Source: a virus. From it: DNA of 64,000 nt. Below are positions 36,628-47,651 of this stretch, piece by piece (within the stretch, counting starts at the first letter, position 1; each line of letters begins with the position of its first letter). The notes under the pieces were generated by a model. The model did no database searches, was not told the DNA's origin, and worked only from the letters and a program-made list of their open reading frames with translations. Location: IMG/VR virus record IMGVR_UViG_3300034104_005002, positions 1-64,000 of that record. The stretch is one strand, 5' to 3'. The position numbers and the translations under genes were made by a program.

Positions 36628-38343
36628 TTAGGAAATGTCCTCTTTAAAAGTAAAATGTCCTCTCTTTTCAAACTTAATAATTTTATCGAACTTACTGTCC
36701 AAATTATCCCTATGTGAAATCATAAAGATATTCTTGTTCTTCATGTCTTGGCGAATAATATTCAAAAATAATGAAATTCCCTCAGCATCCATCGAGCCAT
36801 CTAGGATTTCATCGAGAATCAAGAGGTTCGTGTTGACCGAGTTCTTAAGAGCCGCAACACTCATAAGACCAAAGGTAAGGGCCAGATTGATCCGTTGCTT
36901 TTGTCCTTCTGAGAAATTACCATAAGAAAAGTTCTCAAAAGTGGGAGTTAAAATAGTCTCATTAAATTCCCCGTCTAAAGTAAAATTCACATAAAGCTCC
37001 ATCATCTTCAGATATTCATTGATCTTTTGATTAATCAAAGGAAGATATTTATTGATAATTACGGTCTTAACCCCGCCATCTTTAAGAATATTTCCAACAA
37101 ACTCATAGTATTCTGAGGCTTCTTTGGTCTGAATAATTTCATTCTTGACTGCATGAAGCTCTTCATAAAAGAATTCTAATTTGGCATTTTCTTCTTGTAG
37201 ATCATCAACTTTTTGTAAGTCATTAATCTCATTTTGAATCTCGGAGATCAGTCCAGAATATTGATTCATTCTTGATTGATTCTGAGAAATTGTCTGATTT
37301 AAAGAACTAATCTCCTGAGAAATCTCAAGAAACTTCTTTTCCTTTCTCTGTTCAGATCGAATCGTATTCAAAAGATCCGAATAACCAGAAGATACTTCTT
37401 CAATAGTTTCTTCGGATTCTTTGAGTCTTTTTTCTTTAATCTCTGATGAGATATCCTGAGAACAAGTCGGACAAACATCATTATGTTCAAAGACGGAATG
37501 GTTCTCTTTTAATGATTCAATTCTTTGAGAAATCTTTCCTTTAAGAGATCCGAGTTTTTTTAGCTGGGCAGAGGCCTTGGAATAATCCTGCAATTTATCC
37601 TGAAGTGTTTTGACTTCTTCTTCGTGTTCTTTGGTCTGAGTAAATAATTCCGAAATAAGATCCTGATACTTTTTAATCTTGTCTTTTTTATCCTGAAGAT
37701 TCGCAGAGTCCTTTTGTTTGATCTGTTCAATAAACTGCTTTTGAAGTTCTAGCTTTTCTTCAAGCCCAACTTCCTTAACGCGAAGTAGCTTGATGGCATC
37801 TCTAGAGGCCTTTATGTTGTCTTTAACCAACACGTTCATTGAAGAGAATACTTTTATGTCAAGAAGCTCTTCTATAATTTCTCTTCTGTCCCCGGTGGTG
37901 AGCTGCATGAAAGGAATAAAGTTTGATGTCCCAAGAACAATGATCTGGGTAAACGTCTTAAAGTTCATCCTTAGGACATTTTGCTCAAACCATTTTTGCT
38001 GCTCAATTACTGATGAATGTTGATCAAGCAGTTCGCCATTTTTATAAATCTCAAACACAGCCGGGGCCAGACCTCTTACAACTTTCCATTCGGTTTTATT
38101 GATTTGAAATTCCAGTTCTGCAACACAATCTTTTTTGTTTATATTATTAATTAGTTGCGGGAGATTTACTTGTCTATAGGCCTTTTTAAATAAGCAAAAA
38201 GTTAATATGTCTGCTATGGTTGATTTTGATACACCATTAGCTCCCCTTATGAGAGTTAAATGATCAGCATTTAACTCATATTCAAGAAAAGAATTTCCAA
38301 TAGAAAGAAAATTCTTGGCTCTGGCTTTTTTAAAGATCAGCAT
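36628..38343 (-). CDS. gp46: Recombination endonuclease subunit (gp46, Rad50/SbcC-like)
   Basis: KNFLSIGN, Walker A region, CPTC hook, FSEGQKQRI, LILDEI, ISH. Confidence 0.96.
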   Translation of the reverse strand: MLIFKKARAKNFLSIGNSFLEYELNADHLTLIRGANGVSKSTIADILTFCLFKKAYRQVNLPQLINNINKKDCVAELEFQINKTEWKVVRGLAPAVFEIYKNGELLDQHSSVIEQQKWFEQNVLRMNFKTFTQIIVLGTSNFIPFMQLTTGDRREIIEELLDIKVFSSMNVLVKDNIKASRDAIKLLRVKEVGLEEKLELQKQFIEQIKQKDSANLQDKKDKIKKYQDLISELFTQTKEHEEEVKTLQDKLQDYSKASAQLKKLGSLKGKISQRIESLKENHSVFEHNDVCPTCSQDISSEIKEKRLKESEETIEEVSSGYSDLLNTIRSEQRKEKKFLEISQEISSLNQTISQNQSRMNQYSGLISEIQNEINDLQKVDDLQEENAKLEFFYEELHAVKNEIIQTKEASEYYEFVGNILKDGGVKTVIINKYLPLINQKINEYLKMMELYVNFTLDGEFNETILTPTFENFSYGNFSEGQKQRINLALTFGLMSVAALKNSVNTNLLILDEILDGSMDAEGISLFLNIIRQDMKNKNIFMISHRDNLDSKFDKIIKFEKRGHFTFKEDIS

Positions 38344-38602
38344 TACTATATCCTGGTGGCACTACAAAATCATTTCGACTAATTTTAGTATACTTAAATC
38401 CGACTAGTTTACAGGTTTTTATGAGAAGTTCCTCTTCATATTCTGCGATTCCTAGATTATCCACATCCATTTCTTCAAGCATCATCATGTAACGATGAGC
38501 ATCATCAAAATCCTCAAAGAATAAAATAACCTTTTCGTCCAATTCATTAATAACCGAAAAGGCTCCTTTTTCTCGACCCTCAGTAGAAACGATAACGTAC
38601 AT
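38330..38602 (-). CDS. Conserved hypothetical protein between gp47 and gp46
   Basis: 90 aa ORF, FFE..DDA.RY and DFVVPP motifs. Confidence 0.7.
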   Translation of the reverse strand: MYVIVSTEGREKGAFSVINELDEKVILFFEDFDDAHRYMMMLEEMDVDNLGIAEYEEELLIKTCKLVGFKYTKISRNDFVVPPGYSNADL

Positions 38603-39636
38603 CAGACAGCATCCATTGAAGAAACGTACAATTGATTAATAATATTTTTAATCTTAGATTTATCCAGAGTGATATCGCATTCATCAACATAAGAATGAAG
38701 AATACTCATAGTATCTTCTGATTCGATTTGCTCAATAGCCGAAGAATCAATAATATTCTCCAGACTTTCAATAATCTTCAGTTCAAATGGTCCTTGATCA
38801 TTGATCTTTTGAATAAATCGCTCAAAGAGCTTGACTGACTTTTTATTTCTGACCACAACCCGAACCAGCTTTCCTTCTAGGTCTTTAGGGACCCGAATTC
38901 GATCCTCATCATAAACAATCTGGTAATGAAGTTTATAAGGATTATCAACGTGATAATGCTCTAGGGTTTCCGTGTCAAGAATCGTGAAGCCTCTAACATC
39001 GTCCACATCATTGAAATATATTTCATAAGGATTTCCCAGGTAAAAGATCTTTCCATTATCAGACCGGGTGTGATAATGTCCTGAAAAAACCTTTTCAAAT
39101 TTAAAGAACGGATCAGCATCCCTAGAATCTTCCATGACATGTCCTCTATGGGCCACAAAGCCATTGAGTTCTAGATGTCCTACAGCCAGTCTACATTTGG
39201 ACTTCTCAATCGTCCGATAAACAATCTCTTCATTTTCACTTGTGATCCAGGGAATAAAGAGAACATCCAGGCCCTCAATATTAACCTCTACTGGTTCTGA
39301 ATAAACATGAATATTCGGGTATCCTTGTAAAAGAAGAGAAGGAGAATTAATACGATTAGAATTTCTTAGAAAAATATCATGATTTCCCACGATCATGTGA
39401 GTCTCATAATTTTTTAGTGGATCTAGAACAACTCTTTGAGTCCAATCAAGACCATCATATTCAATAATTCTTCGATTGTCAAAGGCATCACCCAAATGAA
39501 GAACCGTTTTAATTCCTTCTTCCTCTAAAGTGGGAAAAAAGACGTTTTTATAAAACAGCTCAAAATAATCCTGGAAGAGTTTAGATGACTTCCTCGCGCA
39601 GTAATGTGTGTCGGTAATACAAGCCACCTTAGCCAT
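38602..39636 (-). CDS. gp47: Recombination endonuclease subunit (gp47, Mre11/SbcD-like)
   Basis: ITDTH, LGDAFD, GNHD, GHLE and SGHYH motifs; likely start MAKVAC. Confidence 0.95.
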   Translation of the reverse strand: MAKVACITDTHYCARKSSKLFQDYFELFYKNVFFPTLEEEGIKTVLHLGDAFDNRRIIEYDGLDWTQRVVLDPLKNYETHMIVGNHDIFLRNSNRINSPSLLLQGYPNIHVYSEPVEVNIEGLDVLFIPWITSENEEIVYRTIEKSKCRLAVGHLELNGFVAHRGHVMEDSRDADPFFKFEKVFSGHYHTRSDNGKIFYLGNPYEIYFNDVDDVRGFTILDTETLEHYHVDNPYKLHYQIVYDEDRIRVPKDLEGKLVRVVVRNKKSVKLFERFIQKINDQGPFELKIIESLENIIDSSAIEQIESEDTMSILHSYVDECDITLDKSKIKNIINQLYVSSMDAV

Positions 39637-39777
39637 TGATCTCATCCTCAAAAGACTGCACCAATAGTAATAGCAGTGCCCGATCCTCAGACTTTTCTAG
39701 CTTTTCAAACAATTTTTCCATCATTACTTTTCTTTTGTCTTTTCTCACCTTAAATTGTTTAGATTCACTAAATCCCA

Positions 39778-40272
39778 TCAGAGTCGATTCTTAAAGTGTA
39801 CATTATCACGAATAGAAGAATAATCTGAATAATTATCCATGTAGTCTCCATCATCTACCATCACTTCGCTGAAGTTCAGTCTTTCAATGATGAGAGACTT
39901 TTTCTCCGATTCTCTTTTTTCAATTTTAATTCTTCTTAAGAAAGCATAGTAAGTAATTTGAGTAAAATAAGCAAAGGGGTTGGTTGATTTTTCTGGATCA
40001 AAGTTGAGAATATACCTAGACATATTTTCAACAGCATCAGAAATTAGTTCTTCTTTGTAAGAATAATTTGCATAATTTCCTTGAAAACCAAATCGGGTGG
40101 CTATTTGTAAAAAACATTCTCCGATATATCTGGGAATTTGTGGTCTTTGTTCTCCTTTTTCTTTGGCAGTTGCACAGTCTAATTTATACTGAACCAAAGC
40201 ATCTAGAAACTCTTTATTATTTACATAATGAACTGGTCTTTTCTTTTTTGTCATTAATGATGTTGTAATCAT
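39778..40272 (-). CDS. gp55: Late sigma factor (gp55)
   Basis: HYVNNKEFL, YIGECF, NPFAYFTQI.YYAFLRRI; likely start MITTSLM downstream of the promoter at 40300-40328. Confidence 0.95.
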   Translation of the reverse strand: MITTSLMTKKKRPVHYVNNKEFLDALVQYKLDCATAKEKGEQRPQIPRYIGECFLQIATRFGFQGNYANYSYKEELISDAVENMSRYILNFDPEKSTNPFAYFTQITYYAFLRRIKIEKRESEKKSLIIERLNFSEVMVDDGDYMDNYSDYSSIRDNVHFKNRL

Positions 40273-40351
40273 ATTAGCTCTTAACTGATATTTATCCAAA
40301 TTGTAGCATGAAAAGCAACTTCTGTCAAGCCCCCTAAATAAGACAAGATGC

Positions 40352-40741
40352 ATGGGACAGATGGAGTTTTCAGCAACTATTAAGCTAATTTCCGGAGAAG
40401 AGATTTTTGCTAAAGTAACTCCGTGTGAAGAGGACAACAAAGATCTTCTTCTTCTTTATGAGCCGGTAATTATCAGTACAATTAATACAGTCAATGGTTA
40501 TGGATACAAAATTGAACCCTGGCTAAAAACTGCTGATGATGATATGTTTATTATCCAAAAAGATCGTATTATTACAATAAGTGAATGTAGAGATCAAGAT
40601 CTAATTTCTTATCATGAAAAATTCATTAGACAAAAGAACAAATTGAGTTATTCTAATCCTTATGAAGAGAAATTAGGAAAAGAACAGGGTTATGTTGATA
40701 CAGTAAAAGAGATGAGAGAGAAACTAGAGAAACTTCTTTAA
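40352..40741 (+). CDS. Conserved cyanophage-type hypothetical protein
   Basis: ATIKL.SGEEIFA and EPWLK motifs; CTAAATA upstream. Confidence 0.75.
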   Translation: MGQMEFSATIKLISGEEIFAKVTPCEEDNKDLLLLYEPVIISTINTVNGYGYKIEPWLKTADDDMFIIQKDRIITISECRDQDLISYHEKFIRQKNKLSYSNPYEEKLGKEQGYVDTVKEMREKLEKLL

Positions 40742-40749
40742 ATCTTTAT

Positions 40750-41088
40750 TGTTTATTAATTAATATAGAATATAGCTCCCGCATCTTCGGAACAAACCAA
40801 CTCTACTAGAAGTCCAAATAAAAGTCAAGTGCCTATGTGACAATCTCTAGACTGTCATAATACAAAGCATTAAAAAGAAGCAATTGAAAGTCCTTCGGAC
40901 TTTATTCCCCGAAGGGGAATTGCTTCTATATTATTTAAATATTTATTGTTTATTTAATATTAATATACTAGTCCTATCAAACCGACAAACCGATTCTAGG
41001 CTCGATTCGAGAGAAAGTCAAGTGGGTATGTGACAATCAAGGAATTGTAACAAGGGTGGTTGACAGATTTGGATATAGGGTGTATTAT
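40750..41088. promoter_or_regulatory. Promoter cluster: two repeated leftward sigma70 promoters, one rightward promoter and palindromic boxes
   Basis: Minus TTGACT-17-TAGAGT (40800-40828) and TTGACT-17-TAGAAT (40993-41021); plus TTGACA-17-TATTAT (41060-41088). Confidence 0.7.
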
Positions 41089-41112
41089 ACGCAAGTTCAA
41101 TAAATTTTTATA

Positions 41113-41415
41113 ATGTCTAATCTTAAAAGCCTTTTTCATGTAAGCAACCATGTCGATAAGTCCACTCGGATTTCTTATGAGGAATCCCAGGCCATAGTTG
41201 CACTAGCCAATGCAGTAGTAGAAAACGCCAGGGCTATTTCGGCTATTTGTGATTTGGCCAGTGTATCTGGTCCAGTGGCCAATGTTTCTAATTGTAATTT
41301 CTACAATAATGCCTCTGATACCTCCGCAATGAGTGTTGGTTCCGAGGATCCTGAAGAAATGGAAGATCCAGTGGAGGTAGAAGAATCTGAGGATCTGGAA
41401 GACTCTGAAGTGTAG
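41113..41415 (+). CDS. Hypothetical protein with acidic tail (early region)
   Basis: First ORF after the rightward promoter. Confidence 0.6.
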   Translation: MSNLKSLFHVSNHVDKSTRISYEESQAIVALANAVVENARAISAICDLASVSGPVANVSNCNFYNNASDTSAMSVGSEDPEEMEDPVEVEESEDLEDSEV

Positions 41416-41583
41416 AATGGAAGACTTTAATGGAATGTCCCTCGCGTTAGAAGAACTAAGATTCCATATTAAACTTAATGGAGAAATTAGCGCATCAACA
41501 CATTCGATGCTTATAAAATGTATATCAGTACAAAACCCTGGGTAAAAAAATAATTACCTCAAAATTCCTTCTAGAAAACCCGA

Positions 41584-41889
41584 TTGGATTTAATTATGCT
41601 CGATTCAGAATTTATTGATCAGTTTTTTGATGGTCCTGAACTTAATGAGGACCAAAAAGGTGCTTTTAATGTCTTGGATGTAAGGCTAACCGACTTTGAC
41701 CATAGATCAGAATTGTCAGAATTGGATGTTTATAATTCTTGTATGTTCTTCACTAGACTTTTAACAAAAATCCAAAAAATGGAAAACCGAATACAAGAAC
41801 TAGAAGAACAGCTAGAAAGTACTTTTTATAATCTTGGAGAACTAGAAGATCGGGTAGAAAAAAAAGGTGTCTACATGGAGGATTGGTGA
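41584..41889 (+). CDS. Hypothetical protein
   Basis: ORF in the plus-strand early cluster. Confidence 0.55.
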   Translation: MDLIMLDSEFIDQFFDGPELNEDQKGAFNVLDVRLTDFDHRSELSELDVYNSCMFFTRLLTKIQKMENRIQELEEQLESTFYNLGELEDRVEKKGVYMEDW

Positions 41890-42071
41890 TGCTTATAGGT
41901 TATTATTGTATTTGCATACATGATTTTCCAGAGGACGAGGGCATCGTGTACTTTTATGAAACTCCAAAAGTTGGTGACGAGTTTGAATTACCATCAAGTG
42001 ACTATAAAGAAACCTGGAAAATAAGTTCAGTTAATGAAGAAGACTTAGTAATTCATGCAGTAGAAATCTAA
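41883..42071 (+). CDS. Hypothetical protein
   Basis: Coupled small ORF with a GGAGG RBS. Confidence 0.5.
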   Translation: MVMLIGYYCICIHDFPEDEGIVYFYETPKVGDEFELPSSDYKETWKISSVNEEDLVIHAVEI

Positions 42072-42548
42072 ATGAAACCAGTAAATATTTTCAGACTAAC
42101 ACATGAAGTTGCATATAGTTATAGTGATTATGAAATGCAATTTCTTTATTTTGATAGACCAGAACCAATAAAATTTTTAAAATTTGACGAAGATACAAAT
42201 CTTGAAATTAATAAATCAAAAATTTACTCACAAAAAATAAAGAAATTAAGTTTCAATAGTGAAACTCTTTTAAATTTCTTCAACAGAAATAATTTCAATA
42301 TTCAGGGAAATAGTTTTTATTTTGTAGTAGATCCATTTCTTGAAAAAGTGTTGGACACACCTTACAGAGAACAAATAATTTCTCTAAATTATTCAATATC
42401 AGAAGTAGAACAAGAAAACGAAAAACTAAAAGAAAAACAAAAACAATTAGAGAATACTAATCTTAATCTTCTAAAAGAGATTAAAAAGTTTGAACGTTTT
42501 CCATTATGGAAAAGATTATATTTAGCATTTATAGGAAGAACTAAGTGA
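42072..42548 (+). CDS. Hypothetical protein
   Basis: 158 aa coupled ORF, C-terminal coiled coil. Confidence 0.55.
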   Translation: MKPVNIFRLTHEVAYSYSDYEMQFLYFDRPEPIKFLKFDEDTNLEINKSKIYSQKIKKLSFNSETLLNFFNRNNFNIQGNSFYFVVDPFLEKVLDTPYREQIISLNYSISEVEQENEKLKEKQKQLENTNLNLLKEIKKFERFPLWKRLYLAFIGRTK

Positions 42549-42844
42549 CAAAATTTACAGTAAATCGAGCAGATGGATCTACTTATGAAATCGAATGGCC
42601 TCCAGAATTTCATAAAGAGCCCTACAATGAGATTTCGATCCAATGTGAGGATCCAGAGGCCCTTGTAGCGTCTCTGATAGCCAAATACGAGGCAATCAGG
42701 GCTGATGCCCATCAGGACCTCATAAACTTCCCAGGAGACACAAATTTTATTGGCAATGCTATTTTCTCGGTTCAAGAATCACTTGACAGTCTCCTTTATT
42801 TTTTAAAAATGATTGAGTACAGAAAAGAACATGGAACATTTTGA
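42545..42844 (+). CDS. Hypothetical protein
   Basis: 99 aa coupled ORF. Confidence 0.55.
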   Translation: MTKFTVNRADGSTYEIEWPPEFHKEPYNEISIQCEDPEALVASLIAKYEAIRADAHQDLINFPGDTNFIGNAIFSVQESLDSLLYFLKMIEYRKEHGTF

Positions 42845-43050
42845 GTTTTATAAAGTTGGTTATATTTACATGGAAAAACAAATGTTTTCGGTCCATTTCT
42901 CTTTAGCAATTGCCCAGGCCGCCATGAGAAACATGATTGATAGAGGGGTTCAAGTAACCGGGTTAGAGTCTCAGACACTTTAAAAACTGACCACTCATAA
43001 GACCAAGAGAACAAAAGTCTGATATACTTAGTAAGTTCAAAAACAACATT

Positions 43051-43671
43051 ATGAAAAAAACCATCAACGGAAAAGAGTACACTATTGAACCGGGCGCCAA
43101 TCTTCGGAACGCCAATCTTCTGGGCGCCAATCTTTGGGGCGCCAATCTTTGGGGCGCCAATCTTCGGAACGCCGATCTTCAGTACGCCAATCTTGTGGAC
43201 GCCGATCTTCGGGGCGCCAATCTTGTGGATGTCGATCTTCGGGGCGCCGATCTTCGGGGCGCCAATCTTGAGGGCGCCAATCTTCGGGGCGCCAATCTTG
43301 TGGGCGCCAATCTTGTGGGTGCCGATCTTGGGGGTGCCGATCTTGAAAATGCAAAACTTCCTGATTTCCAACTCCCTCCAGAAGAAGGTTCTTTTATTGC
43401 CTATAAAAAGGTAACCACTGGAGTCATCAAACTTCTAATTCCAGAAGATGCTAAGAGGACTTCATCGCTAGTTTCTCGCAAGTGTCGGGCTTCTCATGTT
43501 AGGGTTCTTGAAGGCTCTGGATTTTCCCCGACACATACTGAAAAGAAATTAGAATATAAAGAAGGAGAAGTTGTTTATGCCGATGCCTTTAATGACGACA
43601 TTAGGGTTGATTGTACTTCAGGAATTCATTTCTTTATGACAAAAAAAGAAGCCGAGGAGTGGTATTCATAG
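43051..43671 (+). CDS. Pentapeptide repeat protein with an additional C-terminal domain
   Basis: About 17 A(N/D)LxG repeats, then [25 protein letters not shown]. Confidence 0.9.
   Translation: MKKTINGKEYTIEPGANLRNANLLGANLWGANLWGANLRNADLQYANLVDADLRGANLVDVDLRGADLRGANLEGANLRGANLVGANLVGADLGGADLENAKLPDFQLPPEEGSFIAYKKVTTGVIKLLIPEDAKRTSSLVSRKCRASHVRVLEGSGFSPTHTEKKLEYKEGEVVYADAFNDDIRVDCTSGIHFFMTKKEAEEWYS
43093..43350 (+). repeat. 15-bp tandem coding repeat (GGCGCCAATCTTNNG) encoding the pentapeptide repeats
   Basis: Directly visible tandem units. Confidence 0.95.
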
Positions 43672-45132
43672 AGTAATATTATAAATATCATACTCAAACT
43701 CTTCTTCATTGTATAATTTCACTCTTTCTATAAAGTGGTTTAAAGTATAATTCTTCCCACAATCATCCGCAATATCATAAAGAATACATTTATCTTTGGT
43801 TTTTGACTTTCTTAATCCTCGACCAATTGTTTGCAATACTCTAATCTTTCCTTTACTTGGAAATCCAAAGATGATGTTGTTAAGATTCTTAATTGAAATT
43901 CCGGTGCTAAAAACTCCATAAGATGCAACAATAATCGCATTATTTTCTCTCTCTACAATACCGCGAACTTCTTCTCTTTCTTTTGCCTCTACTCCACCAT
44001 GAACAAAGAATATCTTTCTTTTATCATCTGCGGCATTCTTAATTAAATTGTAAAGAACTTCCCCATGAGTCTCTACTCTTGAGAAAATCAAAAGAGTGTT
44101 TCCTTTTAAATTCAATGCAAGATTTTTTAAGTAATTATTTCTCTTCTCACTAGTAATCAGAAACTGAACTTCTTCTTCATAATTCGCAAACTTTTGTTCT
44201 TTGTGCTTTAATACCAAACACTTAATATCTAATTTTGCGGCTCTACCCTTTTCAATCAATTCTTTGGTATTAATGGCCCGATAAGGGGGACCAAATAGAC
44301 CAGTAATTGTCAATTCATTACAGGCTTTTCCATCATCATTGTTACTGAGAGTACCAGTAAAACCAAAACGGTATTTGATCTCATGGCAGTTTTTCATAAT
44401 ATTGATGAGACTCTTGGACTTTACTCCGTGACATTCATCAACCATGATAACGTCATAATTATCATAAAAGGACCTTGGATTCTCGTAAATCCCCTGCCAA
44501 GTACTGTAGGTTACTGATTTATCTGTCTTATGATTTTGCCCAGCATAAATCATATGAATGTTTGATTCGGAATCATATCCATACTCAATCCAGTCATTAT
44601 ACATCTGATGTATCAGTGATGTGGTAGGAAATACACAAAGAATTCTCAAACCCTTCATCAAGTAATATCTTGCGATACAGTAAATCATAAAAGATTTACC
44701 AGAAGAAGTAGCCGAAACAATTGTTTTTCTATTGTATCTTAAACATTCATAAACAGTTCCAATCTGATAATCATAAGGATCCAGACCTGATTTTTTTCCT
44801 AGGGCCTTAACAAACTCGGCCACACCTTCTTTGGTGATTTGTTCATTAACCTCAAAAGGACAGCCAAAGAACTTACTATTTTTAAATTCATAAGAATAGC
44901 CATAAGCCTTAATTTTTTCAATAATCTTATCAATTAAACCACAATAGATTTCTCCATTGGTCTTGGACAAAAGACTAATCTGGCCATTCCAACCACCTCT
45001 TTTATATGCCGGGGAAAACTTGGCCCCCGGAACCTCAAAGGTAAAATAGGGAGCCAATTCGTATAGAACATGCGGTTCGCAAATGAGGCGATTATAGACC
45101 TCATTTTTCTTTTCAATAATTACGTCTGACAT
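43666..45132 (-). CDS. uvsW: DNA helicase UvsW
   Basis: [34 protein letters not shown]. Confidence 0.95.
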   Translation of the reverse strand: MSDVIIEKKNEVYNRLICEPHVLYELAPYFTFEVPGAKFSPAYKRGGWNGQISLLSKTNGEIYCGLIDKIIEKIKAYGYSYEFKNSKFFGCPFEVNEQITKEGVAEFVKALGKKSGLDPYDYQIGTVYECLRYNRKTIVSATSSGKSFMIYCIARYYLMKGLRILCVFPTTSLIHQMYNDWIEYGYDSESNIHMIYAGQNHKTDKSVTYSTWQGIYENPRSFYDNYDVIMVDECHGVKSKSLINIMKNCHEIKYRFGFTGTLSNNDDGKACNELTITGLFGPPYRAINTKELIEKGRAAKLDIKCLVLKHKEQKFANYEEEVQFLITSEKRNNYLKNLALNLKGNTLLIFSRVETHGEVLYNLIKNAADDKRKIFFVHGGVEAKEREEVRGIVERENNAIIVASYGVFSTGISIKNLNNIIFGFPSKGKIRVLQTIGRGLRKSKTKDKCILYDIADDCGKNYTLNHFIERVKLYNEEEFEYDIYNITL

Positions 45133-45558
45133 TTACTGTCCTGCGATAAATTTACTCCATTCAATTGAATCACGAATTTGAAATGATCGATTATGAATCA
45201 TTTTCAAAATGTCTGTTAGGTAAGACATCACAAAACCCAAGTATTCAACCTGAGTCTTAAGTTTGACTAGCTCTTCGTCTGAGTTTAAGTAGATCGGAAG
45301 ATCTGCCTTTATAATTCGATGACCAAGAGGTTTTTCTATGTAGACATGAGGATCGGACTTCCCCAAGTAATAATGAGTCTTTTCTGCATATAGATTATTA
45401 TATTCAGACTCTTTGAGTTTCTTTTTTATATACGTCTTATTCTGCATTTCATGATACCTACCATGTAACTGTGGAATTCTCAGGGCCTCTTCATGAAGAT
45501 TATCCGGATCAATTTGAGAATCAATTTTCCACATTTCTTCAATTTCATTTATGTTCAT
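45133..45558 (-). CDS. uvsY: Recombination mediator UvsY
   Basis: W..DS.ID, IPQLH..Y, R.FQI..SIEW..F.AG. Confidence 0.92.
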   Translation of the reverse strand: MNINEIEEMWKIDSQIDPDNLHEEALRIPQLHGRYHEMQNKTYIKKKLKESEYNNLYAEKTHYYLGKSDPHVYIEKPLGHRIIKADLPIYLNSDEELVKLKTQVEYLGFVMSYLTDILKMIHNRSFQIRDSIEWSKFIAGQ

Positions 45559-46127
45559 AGGGGGTTTCCTTTATTATCAGTAATAATGTAGTGTGAATAC
45601 TTGAATTTAACTTCTGCTGTAAATGGATCGGAATCAGTCAGAGTGGCATCAAACAGCAAAGTGGTGAGACCATAGGGGAAGAGATTAAAATACTTCACCA
45701 AGAAATTAGGTCTCTGACTGCTATTTAGTACCTGAAGAGTACCGTCCGAATAAATTCCTAGCCCTGGATTGATACTTCCATAACCACTTTCTACATTGTC
45801 TCTTTGTAAATCATAAATTTGATGAAGATCTTCTGGATATCCAAGACCTTTAATCCACTTATGAATCTCTAAATAATTTTCTAGATTTTCATCCACCAAG
45901 AACTGAAGATTCAGGTCCTCAAAGGTAATCTTGTCCCCAGGTTCTTGTAGGTCTCTGAAGGGAGTGGGGAAATCCGCAATTCCCAAATTCATTGAGGGGA
46001 TGTTTGCTCTGTTAGAATAAAAAGAAACTTTGGGAGTTCTTGATAGAGTAAATAAGAACTGAGTGGGCTGAAGAAAATTTCGGTTCTCTATTTGTCTATC
46101 TGGCTTCAAATAAGGAAATTCAGGCAT
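45555..46127 (-). CDS. gp3: Tail completion / tube terminator protein (gp3-like)
   Basis: NRNFL.P..F.F, PGDK..F.DL.L.FLVDE.L.NY.EI..W; position after gp23. Confidence 0.85.
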   Translation of the reverse strand: MPEFPYLKPDRQIENRNFLQPTQFLFTLSRTPKVSFYSNRANIPSMNLGIADFPTPFRDLQEPGDKITFEDLNLQFLVDENLENYLEIHKWIKGLGYPEDLHQIYDLQRDNVESGYGSINPGLGIYSDGTLQVLNSSQRPNFLVKYFNLFPYGLTTLLFDATLTDSDPFTAEVKFKYSHYIITDNKGNPL

Positions 46128-46150
46128 TTCATAAACTCTTTTAACTATTT

Positions 46151-47650
46151 ATGGACAATTTCAAAGAATTGGTTAAAGCCTCATGGAGTGATAAAAGTCT
46201 CTTTGCGTCGCTTGTAAAGAACAAAGAATTTGTTTCTGAATTAAGAAATCAAACTTTCTTTATGGATAAACAGTATGAAAAGATTCAAAACAAGCACCGG
46301 GCCTATGTTGTTCTGAATGACATCAAAAAAGTTCCTTTATGTGAATGTGGTTGTGGCCTAGCAGCCAACCTTAACTATACCTATCCAGAACAAGGATTTA
46401 GAAGATTTTATAATAATGACCACTCTTTAAAAGTAAAATCTCCAATCATTACAAAAGAGACTCTATATAATGAAAGAATTGTTGCTCAAAAATCAGTAGA
46501 CCAGATTGCAAGTGATCTAAAAACAAGTCCGGTCACGATCCGAAACAAACTTAAAGAATATGGCCTAGATAATCTTTTTGACGCAAGACAAAGAAATCTA
46601 AATGCCAATCGAATTCTTCAGTCCAAGGAAGAACTATCTGCTCTTTATAGTTCGGGTCTTAAAGTAGAAGAAGTTGCCGAACAATTAAATACCACAAAAG
46701 GAACCGTTTCTAGATGGATGCAGGTTCATGGAATTGAAACCAGAAGTTCAAATTCTTATGAAAGAAAAATCAAAAAGATTAGTAAAGAAGAAAATGAGAT
46801 TTATAATTGGTTGAAAACAATCTACAATAAAGAAATTCAACAATCTAATCGTTCTGTTCTTAATGGGAAAGAATTAGATCTTTATTTACCAGAAGATAAT
46901 CTGGCAATTGAGTATAATGGGTTATACTCTCATCTTTATCGTCCTTGGGAAGAAAAAGAATGTTTAATTAAAGGTCCTTCTTATCATTTACAGAAAACAA
47001 TAGAGTGTAGTAAAAATGAAATACAACTATTACAGTTTTATAGTGATGAGTGGAAATTTAAAAAAGAAATCGTTCAAAATATTATCAAAAGTAAATTGGG
47101 TCTAAATAAGAGACTTTATGCACGAAAATGTATTGTCAAAGAAATCGACGTTTCATTAAAGAATTCTTTTTTAAACCAAAATCATATTCAAAGAGAAGAC
47201 AAAAGTAAAATTAAACTGGGTCTTTTTTATGAGAATAAACTAGTTTGTGTAATGACTTTTTGTAATTCTAGATTTAATCGAAATTATCAGTGGGAACTTT
47301 CTAGGTTTGCCTGTCTCGGTGGAATTACTGTTGTTGGTGGATTTTCTAAGATGTTGAAGAATTTTATTGATTCTTATGGTGGTTCTATTGTAAGTTATGC
47401 TGATCGAAGAATTTCTAATGGTGATGTTTATAAGAAAAACGGTTTCAATTTAATTCATGTTAATGGGCCTTCTTATTTTTATGTCGATAAGAATTGTTTA
47501 GAGCGGCACAATCGAATGAAGTTTCAAAAGAAATTGATAGGGGCGTATGATTGTTCAGAGTATGAGAAGGCCAGAGAAATGGGATTTGAGAAAATTTGGG
47601 ACTGTGGGAGTCTTACTTATGGGTTGGGACCTTTCGGCCCTATAAATTAG
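46151..47650 (+). mobile_element. Hef-like homing endonuclease (HTH repeats, PD-(D/E)xK-like nuclease, GNAT-like C-domain)
   Basis: ELDLYLPE.NLAIEYNG, YARKC, FL..NHIQ, WELSRF, SYADRR, IWDCG; antisense to the flanking structural genes. Confidence 0.8.
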
Positions 47651-47651
47651 T

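Noticed and set aside
42796-43414. Overlapping ORFs with IGAPK, DWRP and APIFG repeats; possible CRISPR-like array
   Set aside because: These are alternative frames of the 15-bp pentapeptide coding repeat; there are no unique spacers and no cas genes
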